Below, in pieces: positions 37,600 to 51,205 of a stretch of DNA of 64,000 nucleotides. The position numbers and the translations under genes are program-made. The DNA lies in the NCBI GenBank assembly GCA_964016885.1, contig OZ024755.1, forward strand, positions 34,844,001-34,908,000, written 5' to 3'. Every line of letters begins with the position of its first letter. The first letter of the stretch is position 1. Below the pieces are notes generated by a model. It saw only the letters and a list, made by a program, of their open reading frames with translations. It made no database searches and was not told where the DNA came from. The stretch is from Eledone cirrhosa. Taxonomy: Eukaryota.

Positions 37600-38510
37600 C
37601 GCGAGTGTATGTGTATGTATATTGCATTATATGCTGTGTCTGTTTGTATGTGTGCTGTGTGTATATATTCCACTCTTTGCTGTATCAGTTTGTAAGAGAG
37701 TGTATGTGTGTATACATTACATTTTTTGCTGTATCAGTTTGTAAGAGAGTGTATGTGTGTATACATTCCATTTTTTGCTGTATCTGTCTGTATGTGTGTG
37801 TATATTCTATTCTTTGGTGTATCTGTTTGTAAGAGAGAGTGTATGTGTGTGTATATTCTATTGTTTGGTGTATCTGTTTGTAAGAGAGAGTGTATGTGTG
37901 TGTATATTCTATTGTTTGGTGTATCTGTTTGTAAGAGAGTGTATGTGTGTGTATATTCTATTCTTTGGTGTATCTGTTTCTAAGAGAGTGTATGTGTGTG
38001 TATATTCTATTCTTTGGTGTATCTGTTTGTAAGAGAGTGTATGTGTGTATACATTCCATTTTTTGCTGTATGTGAGTGTATCATCATCATCACCCTCATT
38101 TTACGTCCACTTTTCCCTGCTTGCAAGGGTGGGACGGGAACTGATTCTGGCTTGATTTCTACAGCTGGATGCCCTTCCTAACACCAACCTCATTTACAGT
38201 GAGTGCTGGGTGCTTTTTTGCCATGGTACCTCCACGACCACTTTGCAGTGGAATGATATGGACCCCAGTCCCTATCATCTCATTTCTACAGCTGAGTAAA
38301 CTGGAGTAATGTGAAATAAAGTGTCTTGCTCAAGGAAACAACACATCACCTGGACTGTATGTGTGTGTATATTCCATTATATGTTGTGGCTGTGTGTCGT
38401 ATGTGTTGATTCCATTTGATGTTGTGTATGTTTGTATGCATGTCGTGTGTGTATATTCCATTCTTTGCTGTTCCTGTTTGTAAGAGAGTGTATGTGAATG
38501 TATATTCCAT
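37600..38510. repeat. Diverged about 50-bp (GT)-rich minisatellite interrupted by a SINE
   Basis: GTATATTCTATTCTTTGGTGTATCTGTTTGTAAGAGAG repeats. Confidence 0.8.
38081..38356 (-). mobile_element. SINE family A, 5'-truncated
   Basis: Reverse complement of the family A body and tail; tRNA head absent. Confidence 0.88.
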
Positions 38511-39167
38511 TTTAGGCAACCAAAAACAAGTTGATTGTTTGCAACCAATGCACAATATGCAATTATGTTTTGTATTCTGTTTCATTAATATGCTTTTGAC
38601 AAAGAGGCTTTAGCTTTGTGCTAAGATTAAAAACTTTTATTAGCTTTGAGTCATGGGCTTTTCAGTCAGTACTGTGTTTATTTCATTTATCTACTTCTGA
38701 TTTTCTCAGTCTTGCCAGCTATCAGCTATATGTTTCTTCTTCTCTTACCAAGGCCTTAGCTTGAGATTTCATAATCCCATTTTCAATTTATATGTATTTT
38801 AATAATTCCTACCCTTCTTTTGCCATTTTTTTGCACAGCTCTGTTACCACATATATTGGTGAATACTATTTGGTAGCATCCCTAAAAAATTGAAAACAGC
38901 TTGGTGGTATTTTTAGTTTTGTTTATGTTTTGTTATGTATTTTTAGTTATTTTTATTAGCTTCCTTATATTTCTTAGGAGATATTTTTGTAGCCCTATAA
39001 TAGATATTATATAATAATATTCTAGTTACAGTAAACCTCCGAACTATCATTATTCCGGGTAAATGTAATATTTCTATATTGGCTTCTGAGTGAAGTATTC
39101 CAAATGTAGTCATTTTTCTTCTTTTTGTATCAAGTCTTATCTTCCTCTTAACATTATTTTCTTCATA

Positions 39168-39340
39168 ATCGGTAGAGGGTCGGACGCCATGCTTTGAAGC
39201 ATAGAGTTACGGCCCTTTATGATCTGAGTTCAAATCCCGCCAAGGTTAACTTTGCCTTTCATCCTTACAGTGGCGATAAAATAAAGTACCAGTAATGCAC
39301 TGGGTAATTGCTGGCCTTGTGCCAAAAGTAGAAACAATTA
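39168..39340 (+). mobile_element. SINE family B
   Basis: GAGTTCAAATCC B-box and family B body. Confidence 0.85.
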
Positions 39341-39547
39341 TTTTCTTCATATATCTTTATTGAAAAATCAATGATAACTAATTTTATAGTAAGAAAAAAA
39401 TTACATAATAAAAATAAGTGTAAAGGGTAGACTCGTCACTCCTGTCTAGGTGGTGTGTAGCTCAGCTGCACCCCATGGACACGATGGTGGACGCATTGTT
39501 ATGGAGAACAGTCAGTTACATTCATTGTAGTAGACGGTTTAGATAAT

Positions 39548-39735
39548 AATTATTTCTACATTTGGCACAAGGCCAGCAATTACCCCAGTGCATTACTGGT
39601 ATTTTATTTTATCAACTCCGTAAGGATGAAAGGCAAAGTTAACCTCGGCGGGATTTGAACTCAGAATGTAAAGAGGCGTAACTCTATGCTGTAAAGCATG
39701 GCATCTGACTCCCTACCAATACTGCCAATCCACCA
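39548..39735 (-). mobile_element. SINE family B
   Basis: Family B consensus, reverse orientation. Confidence 0.85.
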
Positions 39736-39931
39736 AACTATAGCTTATTACTGGAAAAACTATGGTTTCAATGCATATTCTTTTACTTTTAATAGTTAAC
39801 TTTGTCTCAAGTATCCATTTAATGCATCAATAATATTCTTACATTTTTCTTTCATCTGTCTAATTTGTAAATAATCTGTGTCTTGTATAAATTTACTGTA
39901 GAATAACGTTGCAAATATGTTTTAAATATAT

Positions 39932-40064
39932 ACATAAATAACATAACAAATACATAAGTAACATAACAAATACATAAATAACATAACAAATACATAAATA
40001 ACATAACAAATACATAAATAACATAACAAATACATAAATAACATAACAAATACGTAAATAACAT
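39932..40064. repeat. 20-bp minisatellite, about 6.5 copies
   Basis: ACATAACAAATACATAAATA. Confidence 0.92.
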
Positions 40065-40288
40065 TATAAATGGCTTGCAATTCGTTCAGAAGAACAAATG
40101 TCTAAACTGTGTATAATAACACAATAATATAAATTCATTGAACAAAAATGATAAAGGTAAGAAAAAGAGAAAGAAAAAAAAGAAGGGTGTGTGTAATTCA
40201 CCCCCCAGTGTGACAGTCAGCTGCACCTCACACCTTAGGGGTTAACTGCACACTTTCAGGCAAGCCAACACACTCACAGTATTGCCAC

Positions 40289-40578
40289 GGGTGATGGCGA
40301 GGCTAAGGCACTGAAATAGCCAGGCACCCTCATGGGCATCACCTGACACCTCAGTAAGGCTGGGTGATGGCGAGGGTAAGGTGCTGAAATAGCCAGGCAC
40401 CCTCATGGGCATCACCTGACACCTCAGTAAGGCTGGTTGATGACGAGGCTAAGGTGCTGAAATAGCCAGGCACCCTCATGGGCATCACCTGACACCTCAG
40501 TAAGGCCGAGTGATAGCGAGGCTAAGGTACTGAAATAGCTAGGTACTCTCACGGGCATCACCTGACACTTCAGTAAGG
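40289..40578. repeat. 73-bp GC-richer tandem repeat, 4 copies
   Basis: Unit starts at 40289, 40362, 40435 and 40508. Confidence 0.92.
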
Positions 40579-40711
40579 TGAGCCGCCAGTAAAAACAAGA
40601 ACTTCACTGTCAGCGGCCCAACTCCACTGAAGATTTCAAACACCACAGGCTGGGTCCAAATCTTTTCCCCCCGTTTCTTTGTGTTCTCTTTTTATTTTCA
40701 TTAATTTTTAT

Positions 40712-40892
40712 CGGTGGATTGGTAGTATCGGTAGACACCATGCTTTGCAGCATAGAGTTACACCCCTTTATGATCTGAGTTCAAATCCTGCCGAGGTTAA
40801 CTTTGCCTTTCATCCTTACGGGGTCGATAAAATAAAGTACCAGTAATGCACTGGAATAATTACTGGCCTTGTGCCAAAAGTAGAAACAATCA
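40712..40892 (+). mobile_element. SINE family B
   Basis: CGGTGGATTGGTAGTATCGG...GTAGAAACAAT. Confidence 0.85.
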
Positions 40893-41134
40893 ATTTTTAT
40901 CTTTCAATACTGAATTGATAGATTTTCTCATCAGTTCTATAATGTCCCCAATAATTTGTCATCTGCAACATACAGTTTAAGCTCATCAATATACAAAATA
41001 TAGAAATCTAACCTGTTTCATGACATATTGCTGAAAACATTAGAACTAAAAAAAAATCAGATGTCACCAGCAATTTCAATGTATGATTTATCTCCCTTTG
41101 TTTACACATACAACAACTGGAAATACAGGAAACA

Positions 41135-41363
41135 TTAAACCCTTTAGCATTCACATTACTCTATATAAACTATTATATTTTCATGGTAAAGGCTTTACCT
41201 CGCATAATTATCTCACATAATATCGAATCTATGAGATTTTGAAAGTATTTATTTTAAGAACAATACCTTAACATCAGTTTGAGTGACCAGTTACAGCCAG
41301 CTTCAACAGAAAGAAGTAGAGAATACTGGCCGGTTTGGGCCAGTTTGAACTTTAAAGGGTTAA
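41135..41363 (+). mobile_element. piggyBac-type MITE
   Basis: CCCTTTAGCATT ... TAAAGGGTTAA. Confidence 0.8.
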
Positions 41364-41692
41364 GAAATTAACTCCAGAGAAAGTTTCACAGTCACCATTT
41401 TCCATATTAATAGTTTCTTATGATTTTCATTTTGGATAATTCTTTTTGTTTATATTTCTGTATTATTTGATTTTCTTTATCATATTTTGTTTTGTTTCTT
41501 TTTATTATTTGCTTCATTAAGGATTATCCCTTTCGACACCAAACAAATGAAATTTAGTTCTGGTTGTATGAAACTAAACTAACCATTTTTAAGGGTTGCT
41601 GTTAAAATTAAAATTTTCTAGCATAATAATTGTTTTATTTTTGGCACAAGGCTAGCAATTACCCCAGTGCATTACTGGTACTTTATTTTATC

Positions 41693-41945
41693 GGTGCTTT
41701 TTGTCATGACATCTACATGACCACTTTACAGTGTGGACTGGGTGCTTTTTGTCATGACCCCTACATGACCACTTTACAGTGTGGACTGGGTGCTTTTTGT
41801 CATGACCCCTACATGACCACTTTACAGTGTGGACTGGGTGCTTTTTGTCATGACCCCTACATGACCACTTTACAGTGTGCGATGGGTGCTTTTTGTCGTG
41901 ACACCTACACAACCATGTTACAGGGTGGGCTGGATGTTTTGTGGT
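41693..41945 (-). repeat. 48-bp tandem repeat, 5 copies, derived from the RTE UTR module; follows a SINE B stub (41627-41693)
   Basis: GGTGCTTTTTGTCATGACCCCTACATGACCACTTTACAGTGTGGACTG. Confidence 0.88.
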
Positions 41946-42104
41946 ACCCCTATAATAAATATATATATACATATACGATATTAATAAATGGAAACTATAT
42001 TTATAAAACCATATTTATTTCATTATATATATTTCAAGGATACCAAATTAAATTATGGTATGCCTTCATCAGACAAAATACAATATATAACAGTTTTATA
42101 AATA

Positions 42105-42142
<38 letters not shown>

Positions 42143-42344
42143 TATATCATGATAATTATATATATATATATATATAACAAAGAAACCAGATGGACCATAA
42201 CACACCAGAGTACTCGATACTTAGGGTAGTAGAGTGGGAGTGGGTGATAGAGAAAGAGTGAGGACCCCGACGGCTGAGCTCTGGCCGTTTCGACAGCTAG
42301 ATCCCAAATGGCCAGAGCTCAGCCGTTGGTGTCCTGACTCTTTT

Positions 42345-42428
<84 letters not shown>

Positions 42429-42430
<2 letters not shown>

Positions 42431-42764
42431 AGGCACATGGCTTAGGGGTTAGAGCATTGGCCTTGCAATCGAAATGTTGTGAGTTCAATTCTCAGACCAG
42501 GTGATGTGTTGTTTCCTTGAGCAAGACACTTTATTTCACATTGCTCCAGTTTACTCAACTGTAGAAATGAGATGATAGGGACTGGGGTCCCTATCATTCC
42601 ACTGCAAAGTGGTCGTGGAGGTGCCATGGCAAAAAAGCACCCAGCACTCACTGTAAATGAGGTTGGTGTTAGGAAGGGCATCCAGCTGTAGAAATCAAGC
42701 CAGAATCAGTTCCCGTCCCACCCTTGCAAGCAGGGATAAAGTGGACGTAAAATGATGATGATGA
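42429..42764 (+). mobile_element. SINE family A, full length
   Basis: Same head, boxes and tail as 1673. Confidence 0.92.
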
Positions 42765-43076
42765 TATATAAATATATATTTGTGTGTATATATGAAAACC
42801 CTGGCATGCCTGACCAACACATACCGGACCAATGAAACCTGAACTGAAATGAATATGAAAGAAATTTAAAAAGTTTTAAAAATTGTGAAGATATTTTATA
42901 TGTGATAATAATCTAAAGATAGAAACAGTTAAAGATTTTAAATCGATAGATCTTGTGAACCAAAAAATAAAATCCTATTAAAAATAAACTTAGCTATAAA
43001 ATAGCAATAACAATAAAAAAGAAATGGCTATCATAGACGTAGTAAAAGGAAATATCAATATGACCAGGATAAATCA

Positions 43077-43330
43077 AACATCACCATCACCATCATCATC
43101 ATCCCCACCACCATCATCATCATCATTTTCATCACCATCATGACCACCACCATCACTACCATCACCACCACCATCACTGTCATCATCATCATCACCACCA
43201 CCATCACCACCATCACCACCACCATCACCACCACCACCACCATCACCATCACCACCACCCCCACCATCATCACCACCATCACCACCACTATCACCACCAT
43301 CACCGTCATCACCATCACCATCACCATCAA
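43077..43330. repeat. (CAC/CAT)n microsatellite
   Basis: Direct reading. Confidence 0.95.
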
Positions 43331-43429
43331 CTTTTAGGAAGCAACAGTCAATTCTAACTGGGACATTTTTTAAAAATACAGATCTGCCAAAAACAAAGCA
43401 AGCTTTTGCTGTCTCATTACCTCCACCTC

Positions 43430-43598
43430 CAGTGCTGGATTTAGGACAGATGAGGCCTTGTGCTAGTTAAGTTATCAGGCCCCTTACATTTGAAAAGGAA
43501 TTGGAGGGGGGAGGGGGAATTCACCCCACCCCTTCTCCTCCTGGTCAACAGGGTCCTGTACTTCAGCACACCTAAGCACAATGGTAAATCCAGCACTA
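43430..43598. mobile_element. Small TIR element (MITE, possibly hAT-like)
   Basis: 13-bp perfect TIR AGTGCTGGATTTA / TAAATCCAGCACT; no clear TSD seen. Confidence 0.5.
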
Positions 43599-44358
43599 AT
43601 TCCGTCCATGCATACATGAATACAACCGAGCTAAGGTCAAGCACCTGAAGACATGGGCTCAACTTATGATCCAGTGCTCTACAGAGTGAAGTTTATCAGG
43701 ACCTCAACATTAGGGAAGATATCATGTCTTTGGCATAGCTGAAGAGTCTTTCTGAACCTTTGTTTGTTAAGTTTTCTATGGTTGGATACACTTCATATCA
43801 CCAACCACTTTACAGAATGCATTGGAGGTTTCAAGACTATGGCACAACTGAAGGGTCTTCCTGAACTTTTGTTTGGCAAATTTTGTATGGATGGACGCCA
43901 TTCTTATCACCAGTTCCCTTGCAGAGTGTACTAGGTGATAATTTACCATGTAAATTACTAACTTTAGGTGGTGGTGGATTTCATCTCCCTTATATACGTT
44001 CATGCATTCTAATGAGTGTTCAGATGAGTCAGGGGTCCACATCTGACTTATAAAATGTTCACATACTCTACCAAGTACATTTTATCATGGGCCAGCTGAT
44101 GAGTCCTGCCAACCCTTTGTTTCACAGGTTTTCAATAGTTGGATGCCCTTCTTGTCACCAACCACTTTATATAGTGTGTTGACTGTGTTACCAATACTAG
44201 GGAGGTTTCCATGTCTTCGACACAGCAAAAGAGATCTCCCAACCCTTGTTTTGGGAGGTTCCCTATGTCTAGATAACTTTCCTATCATCAACAATATTAT
44301 TTGATTTTGGTATTTAGTTTTGTTTATTAATATTCTATATGGTTGTGAGTCATGGACT

Positions 44359-44587
44359 TTAACCCTTTAGCATTTAAACCAGCCGTATCTGGCCAGAATT
44401 CTCTTACCACTTTATGTTCAAACTGAACGTAACTGGCCACTCATACTTATGTTAAGGTATTGTTCTCAAAATAAATAACATCAACATCTCATAGATTCGA
44501 TATTATGTGAGATAATTATGTGAGGTAAAGACTTTACCATGAAAATACAATAGCATATATAGAGTAATGTAAATGGTAAAGAGTTAA
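44359..44587 (-). mobile_element. piggyBac-type MITE, reverse orientation, TTAA at both ends
   Basis: TTAACCCTTTAGCATTTAAA ... GTAAATGGTAAAGAGTTAA. Confidence 0.85.
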
Positions 44588-45000
44588 AGGCATCTGACTT
44601 GAAACTACTGAATGCATTTGAAATGTCATGCTATAGGTGTGCACTTAGAATTAGCTGGACAGCTCACAGAACAAATGAATCTGTCCTGGAAGAGATTGGT
44701 GCCAATTGACAGTTGGTTGAAACAGTAAAGAAGAGGTAACCTCAGTATTTTGGTCATGTCATCAGGGCCCAAAATTTGACTACCCACATCCTTGGGGGAC
44801 GAATACAGGGGAAAAGGGGCAGGGGATGGCAGAAAAGGAGATGGTCAGATGATATTAAGGAATAGACAGGAGGGAGTTTGGCAGAATGTACGGCATTGGC
44901 AAAAGACAGGAAAAGTAGAAGAATGCTGGTCCATAAGTCCATGACGCCCAACCCTCAGATGTAAGGATGGGATGAGGAAGGAAGGAAGGAAGGAAGGAAT
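44588..45000 (+). mobile_element. Decayed RTE LINE 3' fragment with (GGAA)n tail
   Basis: LLNAFEM...ISWTAHRTNESVL...QYFGHVIRA...IQGKRGRGWQKRRWSDDIK. Confidence 0.8.
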
Positions 45001-45639
45001 AATATTCAGAGTTCAAATCCATTGGGCTTGGCTTTGCCTGATACCATTCTAGAGTTAATAAAATAAAGCACCAGTCAAGTACTAGGTAGATCACATCTGC
45101 TATATTCTCCCACAAATGTGTAGCCTATGATGATGTTAAAAATGATTATCATTACAGTTTCTATTTGTCAAGAATATCTTCAAAATATTTCTTCTCTTAT
45201 TCTCAATTATGACTACTACTGCTGTTTAGACAACTTCAGTCACCGTTATTGAAAGTCAGCATGAAACTCATTTTGTGTAAATGTCTTTATAAAAAAACTA
45301 TGTTTTTTAAATAGAAATTCAGCTTAATTGGAATTTGCTGTCCATCAATCTCCTTGGAAAAGCTTCTATTGCTTAATGACTATGTTATGTAAACAAATCA
45401 CATGGTGATAATGTTTTTGTGGGGTTTTGTGCCACTGTTGATTACTTGTTCAATGTATTTTAGTAGTGTGTAAAAATTGCAACATGGTGTGTCTGTATAG
45501 CAATTTACTAGCTTAAGAGACAGCAACCATGTAACTTGTCAGACTGGTAGACAGTATATATTTGGCTCAATCTACTTAGATGCCAAATAGGTCCACCAAA
45601 AAATAAGATTTACTACCGCTTTATAAATTTATTTCGTTG

Positions 45640-46205
45640 TTCGTCACACAGTAATACAGAAGACATGACTGCCCACGGGTACAAGCCGAAGTTGAAGCAT
45701 ATAGACAATATGCCCCCATCCCCTCCCACTGCAAAGTAGTCGTGGAGGTGTCATAACAAAAAAGCACCCAGCCCACACTGTAAAGTGGACGCGTAGGAAC
45801 CACGGAAAAAAAAGCACCCAGCACTCACTGTAAATGAGGTTGATGTTAGGAAGGGCATCCAGCTGTATAAATGAAGCCAGAATCAGTTCCCATATGAGTA
45901 TCTGGCAGGTTTTCTATGGCTAGATGCCCTTCCTAACACCAACCACATTTACAGTGTGGACTGGGGGCCTTTTTACCGTGTCTCCTACACAACCACTTTA
46001 CAGTGTGGACTGGGTGCTTTTTGTCGTGACACCTACACAACCTCTTTAGTTTGGACTGGGTGCTTTTTGTCGTGACACCTACACAACCTCTTTAGTTTGG
46101 ACTGGATGTTGTGTGGTGCCATCATAACTTTAGAGAGAAAGAGTGGTGTAGGTGGATGTGGGAGGGTGGAGTAGGGGTAGTGGGTTGGGGTGTATATTTT
46201 ATTTA
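45640..46205. mobile_element. Two RTE 3'UTR fragments joined in opposite orientations (family 2 on plus to about 45895, family 1-like on minus)
   Basis: TGTTAGGAAGGGCATC at about 45845 faces GATGCCCTTCCTAACACC at about 45923. Confidence 0.75.
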
Positions 46206-47816
46206 ATTCAGTGTGCCATTATTTTCAGTTCAATTCTTATGAAGGTCAACATTAACATTCAATTATCTAGGTTAAAAAAGAAACAACAACAAAAACACCT
46301 CTCTTGTTTTACCCTTGATCAATCTCCATGGTATCACTTTTATCATTTTGTCCATAGGATGCGGTTGAGACACTGCTCAGACTGGGGTGTAGTGTCTGTC
46401 CCATTTTCTCTTTCTCTCATCGGTCTTAATTCAGCAGACCAGCTTCAGCCCTCCCATTTCTCTTCAGATATTGTCAGCCCTGGATTAACCATTAAAGGAA
46501 ATAAGCATATACTTAAGATCTCAAATAAAAAGGAGCCCATAATGTTTATTACCCCAGCGCCAGATTTACAATGGACCATGGGGCAATGTTGCAGCTGAAC
46601 CAGAGTCTATAAAAAGAGAGTCCTATAATTTTATCAGTGATCAGAACCTCTAGATATCTTAATTCAGCCTTGTGACATTGTGTATCTAGGATTACATTAT
46701 CAAACGTTTGCTTTTTATAAAGTTGTAGAGTGTTATTTGTAGACAATTAAACTGCTATTTTTACTAACAGGTTGCAAGATCACTCAAAGGGTTCAATATT
46801 AGCTCTAATAAGACCAGTAATATATTGGGGGAAATTAAATCAATATACAATAATTTCCACACAATAAGTCAAACTAAAGAATTAAATAAAATTATATCTG
46901 TTATAATTTGAATTAGATTTTTTAATTGCAGTAGACAGACAAGTTAAGCTCATTACAATTTAAATTGTGCGTCTGTTTAGATAATTGTTTTAGGAGAAAA
47001 CAAATATGACACAATAAAAGATGTAAAACAATGACTAAAAAATGTAAAACAATAACTAAAAGATGTAAAACAATAACATATCTGTATATTTATATAGAAG
47101 AAATACAATCAATGAATCAATATTTTATTCATCTTGAAGTGAGAGCTATAGAGTTTAAAACAATGACCTAGTTTTCTTTCTCAATTGATATATATGTTCA
47201 CTTACGTTGCTAATGCCCTTGGAAAAAAAAAAAAAACCATTATTGTCACAAAATCCCATTTCTAATTTTCTCTCCAAATATAAGGCCTCCTCCTTAAGCT
47301 ATGCCAAAATAAATCAATACTATATAACTTATTACAATATAGGGTAACAGTTGTTAAGAGTTGAAATATTTTCCAATCTTTGATATACATTTCTGACTAT
47401 GTTATAGATATATAGTCACCCATAGAGTTCATAAAAAAATTGTGTGGCTTAGTATTTGTAAGGTTTGTGAACATTTTATTTATGGGTTATTCATGCACTA
47501 AGAAAGTGTAGTGTTGCAAATAAGTTTCTTTGATATATATTTAGTGACTGTGTTTTGATGTTTTTCAATGAGATCAGGTCGACATGTATTACTTCGGGTC
47601 ATTTCATTTTCAAAGTTTTTGCATATGGATAATATTTGTTCAAAAATCAATTGAAGAATACACAGGGATTTTATTTGCCTATAAGTTCATTTGGTTAGAG
47701 GTAATAGGGAATAAATCATTACAGAGACTGTCACTAGGAATAAATACTTGCAGCACCTAGTTTTCTTAGAGAACTATACCACAATATAATAAGCACAATC
47801 CCTGCAGTTTTACTTT

Positions 47817-48029
47817 TTAACTCTTTAGCATTTACATTACTCTATATATATTATTGTATTTTTGTGGTAAAGACTTTATCTCACATAATGTCAAATCTAT
47901 GAGATTTTGATATTTATTTTGAGAAAATTACCTTAACATCACTATGAGTAGCCAGTTATAGCCAGTTTGAAGAGAAAGAGGTGAGAAAACATTACCCAGA
48001 TATGGCCAGTTTAAATACGAAAGGGTTAA
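47817..48029 (+). mobile_element. piggyBac-type MITE
   Basis: TTAACTCTTTAGCATTTAC ... AAAGGGTTAA. Confidence 0.85.
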
Positions 48030-48119
48030 TACTGTGTCATCTGTTGGCAACAGAATTTTACTTGATAACAAGTCATGTAATTTAAAAATTCAACTATAAA
48101 ACAAATGTCCTTATCACAA

Positions 48120-48348
48120 TTAACCCTTTAGCATTTAAACTGACTGTATACAGCCAAAATACTCTCACCTCTTTCTGTTCAAACCAGCTGTAACTGGTTT
48201 CTCATACAGGTGTTAAGGTATTATTCTCAAATTAAATAATATCACAATCTCATAGATTCGATATTATGTGAGATAATTATGTAAAATAAAGTGTTTACTG
48301 TGAAAATACAATAGTAGATATAGAGTAATGTAAATACTAAAGGGTTAA
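48120..48348 (-). mobile_element. piggyBac-type MITE, inverted relative to the previous copy
   Basis: TTAACCCTTTAGCATTTAAA ... GTAAATACTAAAGGGTTAA. Confidence 0.85.
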
Positions 48349-49304
48349 ACACATTTGATAATTAGAATTACTTACACATGAAATCTGTACATTGGAAAAT
48401 AATGACAATGGATTATATTTGAAAGTTAAATAATGATTACAAAAGCACTCCATATAAAACTTAGAGCAAAGCCAGGCACTGGAGAAGGTTTTGCAGAAGA
48501 AACAATAGTGTTTCACCCTCCAATACATTGAAATTTGTGACACAAAGAAAACAATTTCAAAAATTTGTCTCTTCATTTAACAGTCATTTTTAAGCATTAG
48601 AATTGCTTTCAACATGCTGACGTGTATGTGTATATGTGTGTGTACATGTGCGTATACATATATATGTATGATATTCTAAACAACAAACAGCGAAGGATGC
48701 GTTCCGGACTTGTCCGACAGACAAGCTTTTCCCCCACCCCGGAAAAAACCCCAGTTGATGGATGTGAATCCGAAATATATAGGGACTATTAAATCTCTCC
48801 CAAGGTAACTCTCTCTTGTGTTGTTATTTTTATTTTATCCTTTATACTCTTTCCTTCATTCTACACATCTCACACATCTTATACACACCACGCATCTCAA
48901 CGTACACCCACTTACATCTCTCTCTCCACCACCGGACCTTGTTACCCGGAGATTTACCCATTTGCATTGTCGAGGCTTCCAAACGACTTAAATATATGTA
49001 TGAGTATATAAATATAAACCCACGGCACAGACACACTTACAAAAATACACACTCACAGACACACATCCACACAAACACTCACAGACATTCACACAAACAC
49101 ATACATATACATTTACACAAACACACCTACACATACACTCACACCCAGCATAGCAAATGGAACACCAGCTGCTGCTTTGCTCTAGTTTTTTCACCATCCC
49201 CTTCGCTCTTTTTATACACACATACATTCACACAAATACACACAGACATTGTGTGATGGATGGAAGTTGCTCAAATCTACATAGAGATTTCAATTTAATA
49301 TGAA

Positions 49305-49645
49305 GAAGTAATAGCTTTGAATGTAGGCATAAGGCCAGCAATTTGGTGAAAGGGGAAAGTCGAATACATTGACCCCAGTATTTTGTTGATACTTTATTTT
49401 ATTGACCCCTGATGGATGAAAGACAAAGTTGAGCTTGGCAGGATTTATATATATAATTGTTTGTATTTTTGGCACAAGGCCAGCAATTATCCCAGTGTAT
49501 TTCTGGTACTTTATTCTATTAACCCCATAATGATGAAAGGCGAAGTTAACCTCGGCGGGATTTGAACTCAGACCATAAAGGGCCGTAACTCTATGCTGCA
49601 AAGCATGGCATCCGACCCTCTACCTATACTGCCAATCCACCACCC
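49305..49645 (-). mobile_element. Two adjacent SINE B-type copies (one older and truncated, one full)
   Basis: Family B motifs occur twice. Confidence 0.8.
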
Positions 49646-50379
49646 TCCTTTTATATATATATAATACACTTACATTAGCTTGAACTTTATGACTAATTAA
49701 GAAATAATTAGGAATCAAGAGATAACTTAATGAGTTTGATCCACAGCATGAGTATCTTTCAAAAGTCTTCTCTTGAAACTGAAAATACTTAACAATTTTT
49801 CTGCCACATCACCATTTGCTTTTAACAAAAATTCAGAAATAATATTTAATAGCTAGATGTGTACATTACTGACAGAAATTGATCAATCTTTTCTGAAATT
49901 ATTATCTCAACTATAAAGAAGAAAAAGTAAAAGTTATGTAATTTTTACAACGGCATTTTACCTTTAATCTGAACTCTGAAATAATTTTTCTATAGTCTTG
50001 GCAGTTTCTTTTTATATCTTCAATAATTGTTGCTTCTACAAGAAAAATCTTTTTTCACAATATTTTATTGGTTCATCTTAATATAACCTATTTAAGAGTG
50101 CACACAATATATTTTGTGTTGCATTCATCAAATTCCAATTATGAGATGATGTTTTCTGAAATAAAGAATGTTTATATATATTTGTGTGTATACATACACT
50201 CATACTCTTGTATATAAATATATATTTACACATACATACAGACATACACACAGACATACATACAAACACACATATATACAGACACACACACATATGTGTT
50301 TATATATATACATTTATATATATAAATATCAATATTTATCATCATCATTGTTTAACGTCTATCTTCCACGCTAGCATGA

Positions 50380-50454
50380 GTTTATATATATAAATATACA
50401 TATATATATATATATACATTTACATATATAAATATACATATATATACATAAATA

Positions 50455-50485
<31 letters not shown>

Positions 50486-51121
50486 CATTTATATACATAT
50501 ACCTACATATACATTTATATACATATACATTTATATACATTTATATACATATACCTACATATACATTTATATACATATATATATATATATATACATTTAT
50601 ATATATATAAATATATATATACATTTATATATATAAATATATATATATGTATATATATATATACATTTATATATATATATATATATAAATATATATATAC
50701 ATTTATATATATATATATATATAAATATATATATACATTTATATATATATATATATATATATACATTTATATATATATATATATATATATACATTTATAT
50801 ATATAAATATATGTATATACATTTATATATATAAATATATAGTTATACATTTATATATATATATATATATATATACATTTATATATATAAATATATAGTT
50901 ATACATTTATATATATATATATATATATATACATTTATATATATAAATATATGTATATACATTTATATATATAAATATATAGTTATACATTTATATATAT
51001 ATATATATATATACATTTATATATATATATACATTTATATATATAAATATATAGTTGTATTACATTTATATATATAAATATATATTTATACACATTTATA
51101 TATATAAATATATATTTATAC

Positions 51122-51169
<48 letters not shown>

Positions 51170-51205
51170 TTATATATATATATATACATTTATATATATA
51201 TGTAT
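50380..51205. repeat. (TA)n-based compound microsatellite (ATACATTTAT units)
   Basis: Direct reading. Confidence 0.95.
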
